64,000 nucleotides of DNA. It comes from Phycisphaerae bacterium. GTDB lineage: Bacteria > Planctomycetota > Phycisphaerae > UBA1845 > Fen-1342. The translations under genes and the position numbers were made by a program. The DNA lies in assembly GCA_963675745.2 (NCBI GenBank), contig CAXXWX010000026.1, positions 800,001-864,000 of the forward strand. Direction: 5' to 3'. The notes under the pieces are model-generated. The model searched no databases and was not told where the DNA came from. It saw only the letters and a list, made by a program, of their open reading frames with translations. Below are positions 40,919-50,697 of the stretch, in pieces; positions within the stretch are counted from its first letter, which is position 1; each line of letters opens with the position of its first letter.

Positions 40919-41819
40919 GCACGTCGGGTCGGATAATCACGTAATACTCATACACGACGGTGTCGGCGCTATGCGTAAGAAACGTCGCGCCCAACAGGCC
41001 GGGGATACCGGCGGTGTCGCTCGGCGCGATTACGAGGTACTCACCCGGGTCAAGCCCGACGGTGAATGCGGCCTCGGGATAAGCGCGCCCGTCTTCCCGG
41101 GGCACCGACCACAGGCCGCTTTCAGTTCGAATCCGCCGCCAGCCGGACTGGGCGCGCCGCACCACCGGTAGGATGGTAACGCGATCACGCTGGCTGTCGA
41201 GCAGATCGAGCTCGTGGGTGAGTTGCAGGGCGCAGCGGCTGTCAGGCCAGATGTCGCCGCCCAGCACACCATCGGCGGCCACGTAGAAGACGGTGTGCTC
41301 GCGCGGTTCCTCGGTCAGCTCGAGATTCAGCGGGTAACGTTGTGGGATGCGCCACGGCTCGGGTTGTGAGGTGCGGTGCCCCTCGATCGCCGCAAACGCC
41401 GCCCGAAGCGGTTCCCACCATTCGACGTTGCCGACGCCCACGCGCAAGCCGTTGTTGTGCAGGCGCAAGACAGTGGCGCTGTCGAGCGTGTCTTCGCGAA
41501 GGTAGTTCCAGATCTTCACAACCTGATCGCGCTTGGTCTGTGGAATCTGAACCAGAATCACGTGAAAGGGCACCGCACGCTGATGCGCCGCCACGACTTC
41601 CTCGGCGACCGTCGGCCGGTGGGCCTGGAGCGGACCGAGGCCAACCGCGGCGGCGTCAAACTCGAGTGACTCCGGCATGTCGGCCGAATCCGGCGACGCC
41701 TGCGAGCCTCGCCCTGGTTCGCGACAACCGGCCAACGCCGCCGCACTTAGCAGACCCACGCCTACGGTGACGCGCCACGCGACAGCCCACGCACGTTGGC
41801 TTACACGTCTATCGGCCAC
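40896..41819 (-). CDS. Hypothetical lipoprotein
   Basis: Lipobox LAGC; W..L.E...L..NGLRVG segment; beta-rich C-terminus. Confidence 0.7.
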   Translation of the reverse strand: MADRRVSQRAWAVAWRVTVGVGLLSAAALAGCREPGRGSQASPDSADMPESLEFDAAAVGLGPLQAHRPTVAEEVVAAHQRAVPFHVILVQIPQTKRDQVVKIWNYLREDTLDSATVLRLHNNGLRVGVGNVEWWEPLRAAFAAIEGHRTSQPEPWRIPQRYPLNLELTEEPREHTVFYVAADGVLGGDIWPDSRCALQLTHELDLLDSQRDRVTILPVVRRAQSGWRRIRTESGLWSVPREDGRAYPEAAFTVGLDPGEYLVIAPSDTAGIPGLLGATFLTHSADTVVYEYYVIIRPDVRDAGPDD

Positions 41820-41912
41820 GATAGATCACCGGATCAACCACCCCACTCGCGCTCCCCATCGGCACCGCCGGCGCAACACACAGGATGTCACTCTCGCACG
41901 CATGCGGCGCTG

Positions 41913-42650
41913 TTACCATTGGGCCTCGCCGAACGGGCCATCCGGAGCGGGGCCCTTGCGCTGTCGGCTGATTTCCTTGAGGATCGCAGCCGCGAGCGAC
42001 ATATCACCCGGCGCGGTGATTTTTATGTTGCGGCGGTCGCTGGGCACGATTGTGACCGGATGTCCGCTTGACTCGACAACCTGGGCGTCATCGGTCGGCA
42101 GTTCACCGTCCGCCACCTCCCCGTAGGCTTTCAGTAGCACATCCTTGCGGAACACCTGCGGCGTCTGGGCCTCGTATAGTCCCTCGCGCGATACGGTCTC
42201 GTCCACGACACCCGCAGCACTGACGCGCTTGATCGTGCCGGACAGCGGCGCCGCCAGAATCGCCGCCCCACTCTTGGTCGCCTCTTCAAAGACCTTGTCG
42301 ATCTGTTCCGGGCGCACGCAAGGCCGTACGGCGTCGTGTACACAGATCAAGTCGGCCTCCTCGGCGACGTGCTCCAGCGCGGCGCGCACCGAGTGGCAGC
42401 GTTCGGCGCCACCCTTGACCAGCTTGATGTCCATGAACATGAGGTTGGCCTGGTACTTCTCTTTGACGACGTCATAGTCTTCGGGGGCCACGGTCAGAAT
42501 GGTCTGGCAAACGTCATCGCGATTGATGAACAGCTCGACCGATCGTATGAACACGGGCCGGTCGTCGATGCGCGCAAAGGGCTTCTTCACGTCACCGCCG
42601 AAGCGCTTGCCCGCGCCGGCCGCCGGTATGATCACCGCCGCTTTCGCCAT
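41913..42650 (-). CDS. ispD: 2-C-methyl-D-erythritol 4-phosphate cytidylyltransferase
   Basis: IIPAAGAGKRF, GG.ER..SV, VHDAVRP, QTPQVF, TDD, NIKIT...D. Confidence 0.96.
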   Translation of the reverse strand: MAKAAVIIPAAGAGKRFGGDVKKPFARIDDRPVFIRSVELFINRDDVCQTILTVAPEDYDVVKEKYQANLMFMDIKLVKGGAERCHSVRAALEHVAEEADLICVHDAVRPCVRPEQIDKVFEEATKSGAAILAAPLSGTIKRVSAAGVVDETVSREGLYEAQTPQVFRKDVLLKAYGEVADGELPTDDAQVVESSGHPVTIVPSDRRNIKITAPGDMSLAAAILKEISRQRKGPAPDGPFGEAQW

Positions 42651-42916
42651 GGCTAATCTCCACCGTCACGTGCCTGTCTAATCATACCTTGCCGCCAAGC
42701 CGACCAGCGGTCAAGGGGTGTGGCGACCGGTGCGGCGTCAGCAGAAGACGTGTCGGTCGCGACGACCGCGACCTGCGTCGTGCCAGCCCGGCGATGTCGC
42801 GGGCCCTCGGTCAAACCGGCGAGTTGTGCTATACTCCGCGGCAACGGGAACCGGCGCGGCACGCCACCGGGCGGCGGCGTTTGCGACTGGTTGCCGAGTC
42901 TGTTGAGGTTGCCACA

Positions 42917-44773
42917 ATGAGAAGCCGTGCCGAATTTGTGGCGATGGCACGCACTCCCCTGCTGCTGTCGGTGGCTGTACTTCTTGGATGCGGAGACGGA
43001 TTTGGCTTTCCGTGGGGCCGTAAGCAAGACAAGCCGGCGGAACCCAAGCCGAAGCTGGTTGACCAGCGCGACGCCGTCCGGGCCGATACGGTCGGGGCGT
43101 TGACGCTGGTTGGTAACGCCGGCCCGCTCCAGGTTAAGGGCTTTGGGGTGGTGGTTGGGCTCAACGGCAGCGGCAGCCGTGATTGCGCGTCATCGATTCG
43201 CACGTACCTGATCGACAATCTCCAGAAGTTGATCGCCAGCAACAGTTGGTACTTTTCCGATCCCGGCATTGAACCGGCCGACCTGATCGAGTCGCCCGAC
43301 ACCGCGGTGGTTGAGCTGACCGCGTACATCGACCCAGGCGCGTGTCAGGGGTCGCGTCTCGACGTGGCGGTTGCCGCCGCCACCGGCACGCAAACGCGAT
43401 CACTCGAGGGCGGTCTGCTGCTGCAGGCCGAGCTGAAGCGCGTGGGGCGCGCGAGCGGCGGCCCCGGGATCATCACCGGACGGACCGTGGGCTATGCCCG
43501 GGGGCCGGTGTTCACCAACCCGTTCGCCGCCGAGACCGAAGGCACGTTCTCCGCCGATCCGCGCCGGGCGACGGTGTTGGGTGGCGGAATAACTCTCGAA
43601 CAGCGCCCCACAAAGCTGATTCTGAAGCAGCCGTCATATCCCATGGCGCGCCGGATTGAGCAGCGTCTGAACGAGACGTTCGGCCACCGCCGGCCGGCCA
43701 TCGCCGAGGCCATGAGTCAATCGTATCTATATCTGCGCACGCCGCCGCGTTTCGCCACGTATCCGAGCCACCTGGTCGATGTCGCCACACATGTGTACTT
43801 GCGAAATGACCCGGCGTTCTTTGATGCCAAGCTGGCCGAACTCGCCAGAATCGCCAGCCAGCCGGACGCACCCTACGAGACGCTGTCAGCCGCCTGGGTC
43901 GGGCTTGGCCGGATTGCCGTGCCCCGGATTCAGCCGCTTTACACCAGCGAAAACCCCGCGCTGGGCTTTTACGCGCTGCAAGCGGGAGTGCGGATGAACG
44001 ACGCGACGGCGGTGCGGCTGATGGGCGAGATCGCACTGCAAGCAGAGCATCCGTATCGCTTTCAGGCCACCCGTGAGCTTTCCAATGCGCTGCTGCCGAT
44101 CGCGGCGCTTCGGCTGTTACCACTGTTGAATGATATCGATCCCGACATACGTGTCGCCGCATATGAAGGCCTGTTGCGACACGAGCACCCGGCCGTTCAG
44201 TCACGTTCGTTTGGCCACCGCCTGGACCCGACACAGGTCAATCTGACGCTGGACGCGATCGAGTCGGACGCACCGCCGCTCATCCACGTACGGCGTTCGC
44301 GCGCGCCGCGAATTGCCGTTTTTGGCAGAGACGTGCCGATCATGCGACCACTGTTCTACAAACACCATGACGAGCGTATGATCCTCAACTGCACCAATGA
44401 ACACGACGATCTGACGCTGCTGATTCAGATCATCCCCGAGGGGCCTGCCGAAGCTTTCAAAGTACGCCCCAATGTCGTGGATCTGATCGCGGTGCTGGCG
44501 CGGCGACCGGACAAGGACGGCGAGGGCCAGTTGCGCGGCGCCGGCCAACCGTATGCGAAGGTCATCGAGATTCTCGCGGCCCTCTCGCGCGAGGGCATAA
44601 TACCCGCTCCCGTGTTGTTCGAGCGCGTGGCGCTTCAGGAGCTGCTGGGAGACGAAGACACAATGACGCGCCCCGAAGCCGATGAGCCGACGCTCGACGA
44701 ATACGAAGCCGGCGACGACTCTTGGGAGCGTGGAGAGGCCGAGTGGTTTGATGACCCGCCCCCGGACGAATAG
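42917..44773 (+). CDS. FlgI (flagellar P-ring)-like lipoprotein with HEAT-like repeats
   Basis: Lipobox LLGC; G.G.VVGL.G.G, A.V..TA, G..LDV.V, SL.GG.L FlgI motifs; R.AAYE.L HEAT-like segment. Confidence 0.8.
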   Translation: MRSRAEFVAMARTPLLLSVAVLLGCGDGFGFPWGRKQDKPAEPKPKLVDQRDAVRADTVGALTLVGNAGPLQVKGFGVVVGLNGSGSRDCASSIRTYLIDNLQKLIASNSWYFSDPGIEPADLIESPDTAVVELTAYIDPGACQGSRLDVAVAAATGTQTRSLEGGLLLQAELKRVGRASGGPGIITGRTVGYARGPVFTNPFAAETEGTFSADPRRATVLGGGITLEQRPTKLILKQPSYPMARRIEQRLNETFGHRRPAIAEAMSQSYLYLRTPPRFATYPSHLVDVATHVYLRNDPAFFDAKLAELARIASQPDAPYETLSAAWVGLGRIAVPRIQPLYTSENPALGFYALQAGVRMNDATAVRLMGEIALQAEHPYRFQATRELSNALLPIAALRLLPLLNDIDPDIRVAAYEGLLRHEHPAVQSRSFGHRLDPTQVNLTLDAIESDAPPLIHVRRSRAPRIAVFGRDVPIMRPLFYKHHDERMILNCTNEHDDLTLLIQIIPEGPAEAFKVRPNVVDLIAVLARRPDKDGEGQLRGAGQPYAKVIEILAALSREGIIPAPVLFERVALQELLGDEDTMTRPEADEPTLDEYEAGDDSWERGEAEWFDDPPPDE

Positions 44774-44776
44774 CCC

Positions 44777-45694
44777 ATGACCGCGGCAACAACAGCCAAG
44801 ACACGCGTGCGCTTGCAGAAATACCTGGCCGATTCGGGCGTCGCATCGCGGCGGCGCGCCGAGGAGTTGATCCTCCTGGGGCGCGTGCTGGTGAACGACC
44901 AGATCGTCGATGAGTTGCCGGCCTTTGTCGACCCGCGCCGCGACAAGGTGATCGTCGACGGCGACGTGCTTCGTTCGCAGAAACTCGAGTACTTCATCGT
45001 GAACAAGCCAAAGGGCGTCGTGTGCACAAACCGCGATCCGGCGGGCCGCCCGCGCGCGGTTGACCTGCTGCCCCCAATACGCGAACGCCTGTTCGTTGTC
45101 GGCCGGCTCGACGCGGACAGCACCGGCCTGCTGCTGATGACCAATGACGGTGAACTGGCCGAGCGGATCACACATCCGCGTTTTGGCGTTGCCAAAACCT
45201 ACCGGGCCGAGGTTGATGGCCGCGCCGCGCCTGAGCTGCTGGAGCGCATGAAAAAGGGCATCTATCTGTCCGCCGGCAAAGTTGTGGCGGAAGACGCCGA
45301 GATCGTCCACTGTGGCAAGCAGCGTTCGGTGCTGCACATCACGCTGCACGAGGGGCGCAACCGACAGGTGCGCCGCATGCTGGCGCGCCTCGGCCACAAA
45401 GTCCGGTCGCTCAAGCGCCTCAGCATCGGACCGCTGTCGGTGAAACGCTTGCCACCGGGAGCATCGCGACGATTGAGCGCGCGCGAACTTGACGCCTTGC
45501 GCACGGCCACCGCGGACGCCGCCGCGCAAGCCGCCACAAGCGTGAAGCCGCGCAAACGGCGACCGGCCAAGGCTGCCGCGCGGCGTCCGTCCAAAGCACC
45601 GGCACGACCCCCCAAGTCGGCAGCCCCCAAGCGCGCGAGGAAGACCACAGCAAAGAAACAGAGCGATACGCCCCGCCGCCGCATTGTGAAGTAA
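44777..45694 (+). CDS. rRNA pseudouridine synthase (RluB/RsuA family) with basic tail
   Basis: RLQKYLA..GVASRR S4 domain; VGRLD..STGLLLMTNDG; EGRNRQVRRM. Confidence 0.95.
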   Translation: MTAATTAKTRVRLQKYLADSGVASRRRAEELILLGRVLVNDQIVDELPAFVDPRRDKVIVDGDVLRSQKLEYFIVNKPKGVVCTNRDPAGRPRAVDLLPPIRERLFVVGRLDADSTGLLLMTNDGELAERITHPRFGVAKTYRAEVDGRAAPELLERMKKGIYLSAGKVVAEDAEIVHCGKQRSVLHITLHEGRNRQVRRMLARLGHKVRSLKRLSIGPLSVKRLPPGASRRLSARELDALRTATADAAAQAATSVKPRKRRPAKAAARRPSKAPARPPKSAAPKRARKTTAKKQSDTPRRRIVK

Positions 45695-45718
45695 CGCGGT
45701 TCGAGGATGCCGGCGGCG

Positions 45719-46513
45719 TCACTCCAGTATCACATACGCACGGCGCGAGACTTCGACAAACCCGAGTTTCAAGGCGGCTTGCATGGATGCCACATTGGTT
45801 TCGCCGGCGCTCCAGACTGGTGTCTGGCCGGCTTCGAGAATGCGACGGGTGACAATGGTGGCGGCAGCCGCCGCGAACCCGCGTCGCCGCCACGCCTCCA
45901 GCGTATGAACTCCCACATTCGCGTAGTACCGCGAACGCGCGGACGTGTGGCAGATTGACACCACCTGCCCATCGATGATCGCCCCGGCGGCAAAACCCTC
46001 GCGCAGCAGCGCGGCGACGCTCCCGAAGCCCAGGGCGCGCATGTCATGCGGAGCGCCGTCGAGCAACGCCGCGTCCGCCGGCGTCAATTCCCGTACGTCC
46101 GCACACTCCACGTCGGGCGGCGGCCGCGTCAGCGTGAAATACACGTCGCCCAGGTAGCGCACGCTTCTGCGCCGCTCGCGTGCGATCAACGGCCCCAGCA
46201 CCCGGGCGCAGCGCTGCGAAACGCACACGCACTCCCAGCCGTCAATGCCACGCAGCAACGACCACAGAGCCGCGGCGTCCTCACCAAAACCGTCCGGCTC
46301 GCCGGGCACCTCGGGTCGGCAAATCAGCGCAGCTCGGCAGTATCCAGGCTCCCCGACCACAAACGCGTCACACAACCCCCGCCGCAAAGCATGCACCGCG
46401 ATCACGGTCTCGGGCGATTCACCCAGCGCGTCGGCCAGCGCCCCACAACCAGCGCGGTCGAGCGGGGAGTTGCGGCCATTCCGCACAGCGCTGTGGTCGA
46501 GTGGTCGTCCCAT
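45719..46513 (-). CDS. GNAT family N-acetyltransferase
   Basis: V.T...RRRGFA, W.....N.AS...A.KLGF. Confidence 0.85.
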   Translation of the reverse strand: MGRPLDHSAVRNGRNSPLDRAGCGALADALGESPETVIAVHALRRGLCDAFVVGEPGYCRAALICRPEVPGEPDGFGEDAAALWSLLRGIDGWECVCVSQRCARVLGPLIARERRRSVRYLGDVYFTLTRPPPDVECADVRELTPADAALLDGAPHDMRALGFGSVAALLREGFAAGAIIDGQVVSICHTSARSRYYANVGVHTLEAWRRRGFAAAAATIVTRRILEAGQTPVWSAGETNVASMQAALKLGFVEVSRRAYVILE

Positions 46514-46559
46514 TCCCTCTTCGCGCTAGCATGCCAGGCGCGTACTAACTGCAATCGCG

Positions 46560-47375
46560 TCATTCCCCCCCCGCCGCCGCATCCGGGCCGGCGAGCGGGT
46601 CCGGGATGATGATTTGAGCCGCCGCACTGACAACCCGGACAGCGTTCACCTTGTCATCGACAATCGCAAACAGGTAATAGCTGCCGATGGCCAAACGCGC
46701 ACTATCCGCGTCCGTGCCATCCCATGCAAAGGTGCCCTGCGTCGCCTCGTCTTCGAGAGTCACATCGTGGATGAAGATCTCGTTGCCGCTGGCGTGATCC
46801 GCATCGCTGTCGATGCCGATGCGCGCGGTGGCGTCCCCTTCCGCGTCTACCGCCTCCCAGGTCAGTGTGACCTGCTCATCCTCCGGCACCGAAGCATCCT
46901 CGGCGGGCTCGAGGAACGTGAACCGCGGCTCGCCATCGACCGTGATCTGGCCGCCGGCCGTGGCCTCGTGTTTCACCTGGCCGTCTGCCACAATCCGCGC
47001 GCGGATCACGTATGTGCCCGCCGGGTACACCAGCCGGTTCGGATCGCCGTCGATGAGCTGGCCGGCATCCCATCCGACGGATTCCTCGAAATTGCCCTCG
47101 GGGATTGGGATCCCCTGCTTCAGCGTGAACGACTGGAGCGAGGGGCGGTGTTCGAGAATCAGGTCCACGGTCGCCGCGCGGCCGGATTCCTTGTACGAAC
47201 GCCAGATTATCTGCACGACGGTCTTTTGCGGGACCGACCTGCTGCCCGCCGGGGTGGTCAAGGTGACAGCGAAGATGTCGTCGCGCTCCACCAGGGTCTG
47301 CGGGTCGGGCTGAATACAAGCGTTCCCCGCCAAGCCGGCCAGAACAGCCAATGTGAGCAAGACACTTATGCGCAT
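46560..47375 (-). CDS. Hypothetical lipoprotein with Ig-like domains
   Basis: Signal peptide ending GNAC; WD....G.Y.I motifs. Confidence 0.7.
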   Translation of the reverse strand: MRISVLLTLAVLAGLAGNACIQPDPQTLVERDDIFAVTLTTPAGSRSVPQKTVVQIIWRSYKESGRAATVDLILEHRPSLQSFTLKQGIPIPEGNFEESVGWDAGQLIDGDPNRLVYPAGTYVIRARIVADGQVKHEATAGGQITVDGEPRFTFLEPAEDASVPEDEQVTLTWEAVDAEGDATARIGIDSDADHASGNEIFIHDVTLEDEATQGTFAWDGTDADSARLAIGSYYLFAIVDDKVNAVRVVSAAAQIIIPDPLAGPDAAAGGE

Positions 47376-47724
47376 TGAAATACCCTTGTTAAGAATCGGA
47401 TCGCCGCCTCATCGACGGGGATGCACGTATTGTTATCGGCATCTGGCTGACGTTGCGTTGATCAGCTTCGGGTGATCGCCGATTCGGTCGGCTCCATTCC
47501 ATTATTTGCCCGGCCGGAGCGTCGTCAAGCGTCGGCGGGCGGGTGCTGGCTCCCGCTGCAACCGCTCCCGGGGCCGCTCCCCCACAGCCGGTGGCGGTAA
47601 TTGACCAGGCTGCTAAGATTCCCGCGGGCGCGTCGCCCGATAGGATAAGCACCATCACGCCACGCTCGAAGACGCAGAGCCGACAGCGTGGCCGCAGCGG
47701 CAGACCTTCGACACAGGTGGATGA

Positions 47725-48291
47725 ATGCAGGGAAAGCTCACGTTTACAGTGTCATTATGCCTGGCGACGCTCGCGGTGGCGGGTTGCATAAACTTCGATG
47801 CCTTCGTCAACAACACCAAGGAGATCGAGGGCCAGGTCGGCGTCGTGTTCACAAACAGCACGATCTACAACATCTCGTTCACCTGGGGCACCTGGAATGA
47901 TCTCGACCGTCAGACACCCCGCTTGGTGGATATCGATCAGGTACGGCTTTCAGGGCTGACCTCGACGGATATTCGCCTGCTGCCGTGCGCCCGCAACATG
48001 GCGATCGGGACAGATAAGTTCGTCGATTGGGTCATGCTGAGCAGCGAGATTGACGAACTCGCTTTCGAGATTGAGCTGCTCAATCCGGTCGTACACTTCT
48101 CAGACGCCGCCACGGATACCGATGCCTCAACGTCGCCGACGGTTGGCACGGCGGAAGGCGTCGAATTGCTGCTGGGCCTGGACTATAGCTGCGACGACCA
48201 GATCATGATCACGTTCGTGGAGGATCCCGACGCCACCGGCGGCTTCAGGCTCGAGTGGGCCGTCATCAAAGATCAGAACCGCGACGAGTAG
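47725..48291 (+). CDS. Hypothetical lipoprotein
   Basis: Lipobox VAGC; G.DYSC.D.I..TF. Confidence 0.75.
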   Translation: MQGKLTFTVSLCLATLAVAGCINFDAFVNNTKEIEGQVGVVFTNSTIYNISFTWGTWNDLDRQTPRLVDIDQVRLSGLTSTDIRLLPCARNMAIGTDKFVDWVMLSSEIDELAFEIELLNPVVHFSDAATDTDASTSPTVGTAEGVELLLGLDYSCDDQIMITFVEDPDATGGFRLEWAVIKDQNRDE

Positions 48292-48307
48292 CGGGGCGCC
48301 CCACGGC

Positions 48308-48877
48308 TCAGTGCCAGCACTCCTTGGCAATTGGCACAATCACCAGCAAGAGACACTGCCATTCAACAGCCGCGGCACGCCATAAGCTTGCGCCGCGCGC
48401 TGCAAACGGCGTCGGTATCGGCGTGCGCGGCAACCAACGCGGCACGCGCCGGCAGTAGGCTGTGTAAGCTTCACCGTAGCGCTTGTTCAGACGATCTTCC
48501 TCAAAGCGTACGGCGGCATGGTACACCAGGGCCACCCAAGCCAACGCAAAGGGCAGCACCCAGGGAAGCTCGCACGTCACGCAAAGCCCCGCAAACATGA
48601 GAAGATTGCCAAGGTAGACCGGATTGCGCGTCCAGGCATACGGACCCACCGTCGCCAGCCCCTTCCCCTCACGCAATCGATACCGCAGATATCGTTGCGC
48701 CCAGATGCGAAGCGCCACGCCCACAAGGAACAGCGCCAGGCCAACGCCCCATACTCCCGGCTCGTACTCCCACTCCCACCGTGTCCAAAACAGGAGGAAG
48801 GCGACCAGCGGGACCATGAGCAGCCCGCGCAGCTTAAAGGCGACGGCCTGATGAAGTCGGTAGGGTCTGTTCTGCAT
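48308..48877 (-). CDS. Isoprenylcysteine carboxyl methyltransferase (ICMT/PEMT) family protein
   Basis: L.T.GPY..TRNP.YLG, EE..L...YG..Y..Y...VPR. Confidence 0.9.
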   Translation of the reverse strand: MQNRPYRLHQAVAFKLRGLLMVPLVAFLLFWTRWEWEYEPGVWGVGLALFLVGVALRIWAQRYLRYRLREGKGLATVGPYAWTRNPVYLGNLLMFAGLCVTCELPWVLPFALAWVALVYHAAVRFEEDRLNKRYGEAYTAYCRRVPRWLPRTPIPTPFAARGASLWRAAAVEWQCLLLVIVPIAKECWH

Positions 48878-48928
48878 AACGGTTTCCTCTAACTCCTTGG
48901 AATCTGAACCGGCCTCGGGGGCCGGCTA

Positions 48929-49270
48929 CTACGTCGGGGCGCTTTCGCGGCGGAGACGCAGGCGTTTGCGCTGGCGGTGAATCAGGATCAGGTTGCGCAG
49001 GTAGATGATGACGCCGAGGCCCTGGCCGGCTACGAACACGGGGTCTTTACGCAGCAGCGCATAGGTGCCGAGCATCACGCCCCCCAGCAGACTCAACCAC
49101 CAGAAGATCACCGGCACCGTGCTCTTGCCGCGGCGCTCGGAGACGTACCACTGCACGAGAAAACGCGACATGAAAACGCCCTGCGCCGCGAACCCGAACA
49201 ACACCAGCAGCCACTGGCCCGTAGTCCGCGGCCAGTCCACCGTTGAGAGGGCATCGGCGAGGACGCTCAT
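48929..49270 (-). CDS. Lipid-A-disaccharide synthase N-terminal (LAB_N) domain protein
   Basis: GF.AQ..F..RF.VQW..SE....S..P..FW..SL.G, Y.RNL. Confidence 0.9.
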   Translation of the reverse strand: MSVLADALSTVDWPRTTGQWLLVLFGFAAQGVFMSRFLVQWYVSERRGKSTVPVIFWWLSLLGGVMLGTYALLRKDPVFVAGQGLGVIIYLRNLILIHRQRKRLRLRRESAPT

Positions 49271-50091
49271 TTGTTGCAGTAGTCGATGATGCGCGCGATT
49301 TCGCTGCGCAGATTCTTGCGGTGAACGATGCGGTCAACGAATCCGTGTTCAAGCATGAATTCGGCGCTCTGAAATCCCTCCGGTAACGTGGCGTTGATGG
49401 TCTCGGCGATCACGCGCGGGCCGGCGAAGCCGATCAGGGCGCGCGGCTCGGCGAGAGTCACGTCACCCAGAAAAGCGAAACTGGCCGCGACGCCGGCGGT
49501 GGTCGGGTCGGTCATCACGACGATATACAACCCGCCGGCATCATCGAGCCGCGCGATGGCGGCCGAGGTCTTGGCCATCTGCACCAGTGAGACCATGCCT
49601 TCCATCATGCGCGCGCCGCCGCTACAGGTGATCAGCACGAGCGGCAGATTTTCATTGACGGCCTGCTCGGCGGCGGCGCTGACTTTTTCGCCCACCACGC
49701 TGCCCATTGAGCCCATGATGAAGGCCGGGTTCATCACGCCCAGAATCACGGGCCGGCCTTTTATGAAGCTCTTGCCGACGATGATGGCTTCGGTTTCGTT
49801 GCTGGCCTTCCGCGTGCTCGCGAGCCGGTCCTGGTAGGTCATGCGATCTTCGAAATCCAGCGGGTCGCTCGACTCGAGATCAGGCAGGAACTCTTCGAAG
49901 GTGTCCGGGTCGCTTAGCTGCCTGATGCGCGTGCGCGCGTCGAGCCGGTTGTGGTATCCGCACTCGGGACAGACGTTCAGCTCTTCTTCGAGAATGCGGT
50001 GATAGACCATGGCGCCGCAGTGCGGGCAGCGGACCCACAGACCTTCCGGCACATCAACGTTGCGTCGCGCTTGTGAGGGTGTCTCTGCCAT
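49267..50091 (-). CDS. accD: Acetyl-CoA carboxylase carboxyltransferase beta subunit
   Basis: VPEGLW.RCP.C, GSMGSVVGEK, SGGARM.EG, GFAGPRVI, LPEGFQ.AEF. Confidence 0.97.
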   Translation of the reverse strand: MAETPSQARRNVDVPEGLWVRCPHCGAMVYHRILEEELNVCPECGYHNRLDARTRIRQLSDPDTFEEFLPDLESSDPLDFEDRMTYQDRLASTRKASNETEAIIVGKSFIKGRPVILGVMNPAFIMGSMGSVVGEKVSAAAEQAVNENLPLVLITCSGGARMMEGMVSLVQMAKTSAAIARLDDAGGLYIVVMTDPTTAGVAASFAFLGDVTLAEPRALIGFAGPRVIAETINATLPEGFQSAEFMLEHGFVDRIVHRKNLRSEIARIIDYCNK

Positions 50092-50697
50092 TCACACTCC
50101 TATCGATCCCGAGCCGCGCTTGCCTGACGCCACGGCCGCCTGAGCCTGCTCGCGCTCGATGACGACCGGGTCGCGCTCGCGCCGCGCGTCCCATACTCCG
50201 GCGATCTCCAGTTCGCCGAGCGCACAACGCGCCAGGGCACGAGACAAGGGCCGCATCACCAACCCAACTGTCTCCTTGCCATTCCTCTTGAGACGCCTGC
50301 GCAGCCAATCAACCACACGCTCGGCGGCGTCGGCCACCTGTTCGCCCCCCGGCGGGCTCACGTTGAGCGGCGCATCAACCAGTTGACGATGGGCCTTGGC
50401 AAAACGGCTCTTCAGTTCCGCCTCGGTCAGACCCGCCCACAATCCCAGATCGACCTCGGCCAACTCCGGTTCCACGCGCGTCGACACATCGAGTGCCGCG
50501 CCCAGGATTTTGGCCGTACGTTTGGCCAGCTCGTCGGGCGAGTGGTAGATGCGGGCCAGTTCCAGCGGCCGCAGAACATCGACCCACTGAGCAGCCTGGG
50601 CGGCACCCGCGTCCGACAGCGACAGGTTGGACCTTCCAAGCAGGCGCCCCTCGCCACACCACTCCGTCGCTCCGCATGGTATCAGCACGATCTTCAT
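50092..50697 (-). CDS. Histidine phosphatase (PGM) family fold protein lacking the RHG motif
   Basis: LS..G..QA, IY.SP....TA, L.EVDLG.W.GL, PPGGE. Confidence 0.8.
   Translation of the reverse strand: MKIVLIPCGATEWCGEGRLLGRSNLSLSDAGAAQAAQWVDVLRPLELARIYHSPDELAKRTAKILGAALDVSTRVEPELAEVDLGLWAGLTEAELKSRFAKAHRQLVDAPLNVSPPGGEQVADAAERVVDWLRRRLKRNGKETVGLVMRPLSRALARCALGELEIAGVWDARRERDPVVIEREQAQAAVASGKRGSGSIGV

Noticed and set aside
47389..47720. Small ORFs or ncRNA between the divergent lipoprotein genes
   Set aside because: No motif, RBS or convincing structure
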